From Callorhinchus milii (taxonomy: Eukaryota), in the NCBI RefSeq assembly GCF_018977255.1, contig NW_024704743.1, positions 40,922,001 to 40,986,000 on the forward strand: a stretch of DNA of 64,000 nt, written 5' to 3'. The notes beneath the pieces are model-generated. The model was given only the letters and a program-made list of their open reading frames with translations, was not told where the DNA came from and searched no databases. A program made the position numbers and the translations under genes. This document shows, piece by piece, positions 62,701 to 64,000 of this stretch (the stretch's first letter is position 1; every line of letters begins with the position of its first letter).

Positions 62701-64000
62701 ATAAAACCACAAGAATAAAGGTCAAGTGATTTCTACACATCAGGAGAGATCCAAAATTGAATTAAAGCATTTAACTCAATGGGAGCTGTTCATTATTCTA
62801 AATGTACACTGAGTTTTTCTTTTACATGTTAAGCCTTTCACTCCTTATTGTCACGCAGAAGCATACTGGGCCCAATTCTGAGGTGGAAACTGTCTGACAC
62901 AGATGAAAGACTAATGATGTAGCTGTGACATTCAACCACAAGGTACAAGGCACCATATGGTGGGTGCTGGAGTATTACAAGCTTATTTTCAGCAGGAAGT
63001 CACAAACTATAAAAGCATTTTGCAGAAAAGACTTCTTTAAAATCTGTAACTCACACTTAAGTTTTAGCAATTTGCTTGTAAGTTTGTAATCAAACAATAT
63101 AAAAAATATTGAGAATGTAGAGAAATTCCACCTGGGTTTAGATTTATTTTATTTTTCTTCATATTTCAGAGCATGCAGAATGAGGCAAATTTTTGAATTC
63201 AGTCTTAACTCTGCAGCCATTTATCTGTATGTCTTAAAATTATAACAAAATCTGCTTTCAAATGTTGACCGTATTTAAGAATTTGCCAAATTCTGGACAC
63301 TCTGAAATGCTAAGAAAATAGAGTGAATTCCAGAATCAGGTAGAAGTTTGTCCCTGCATCACATTATTTCTTTCAATCAAAATTGTTCTCAACCTTCTGC
63401 AACATTGAAATCACTTGCTGAAAGGGATTTGATAATTAGAACTTGAGGCCCCAGACAATGGTATCCAAATCGTGCTCCAGCCAGCGGTGTCACCATTAGG
63501 ATAATAGGATAGAGGTTGTGGAAGGATACTATCATATTGGCAACAGGCCTTTTTCATCTGAAACACCCTTGTAATCTTATCATGTGCCTAATGGCAAACA
63601 CACGCTACCTGAACAATATTTCTCCGGGGAATCACCTCTACAGAGTGTAATATTTTGGTTTAGACCTGAGGCTCAACTCTCGCAATTCTATGTGCTGTAC
63701 AGGAGATTCACTGGAGAAATTGCTGCTTAATTGCTGTTAGAAATTCCTAAAATGACTCCAAGGTGACCTGCTTGGCAAGGGAATGTCGGATATGAGCCAA
63801 TGCTCTGTGGCGGTCTCGGTAGTCCAGTTCCTGAGCCACATGAGTCTGCAATACTCCAGTGCTCTGCCGATGACAGCCTACCCAGTCGGGCTCATCAGCA
63901 GGACTTGGATGGGCAAACCATGGGCTTGACCATGATCCCCGGAGAGGCAATAACCTTGAGTTTGAATTGGATCATAGAACCGGTAATGCTCCTCGACACA

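Noticed and set aside
63875..63900. Hammerhead-like CTGATGA-GCCC-GACT-GGGT on the minus strand
   Set aside because: The obligatory GAAA after stem II is absent (AGGC follows) and I could not build stems I/III. The surrounding 63750-64000 is probably an unclassified repeat cut by the window edge.

Overview
Vertebrate genomic DNA, not prokaryotic. The repeat content (abundant L2 and CR1 LINE ends, Deu-domain tRNA-SINEs, LF-SINE-like relics) suggests a cartilaginous fish, possibly a holocephalan; this is inferred and not verified. The window holds the 5' half of a type II classical cadherin gene on the minus strand, best matching CDH12. Four coding exons were found (45826-46059, 33397-33691, 19998-20117, 8852-9019; 817 nt), encoding the signal peptide, propeptide, EC1 and EC2, with canonical GT-AG introns of 11-13 kb. 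The rest of the gene continues off the left edge. Everything else is intron or upstream sequence, dense in retroelements and also holding two probable solo LTRs (783-1906, 11447-12683) and two Tc1/mariner-type MITEs. I cannot support a new protein-coding system. The most unusual signals are non-coding: a structured tandem cassette clamped by a perfect inverted repeat in the U5 of the 11.4-12.7 kb LTR; a young internally deleted tRNA-Ala SINE subfamily that seems to have taken on the 3' hairpin of the young L2; a pair of inverted SINE heads that look homogenised; an LDRE->LNRE change in cadherin EC1; a uORF-laden 5' UTR; and a repeat-poor candidate regulatory/non-coding-exon island at 48.9-52.5 kb. 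Repeat boundaries were read by eye and are approximate unless termini are quoted.
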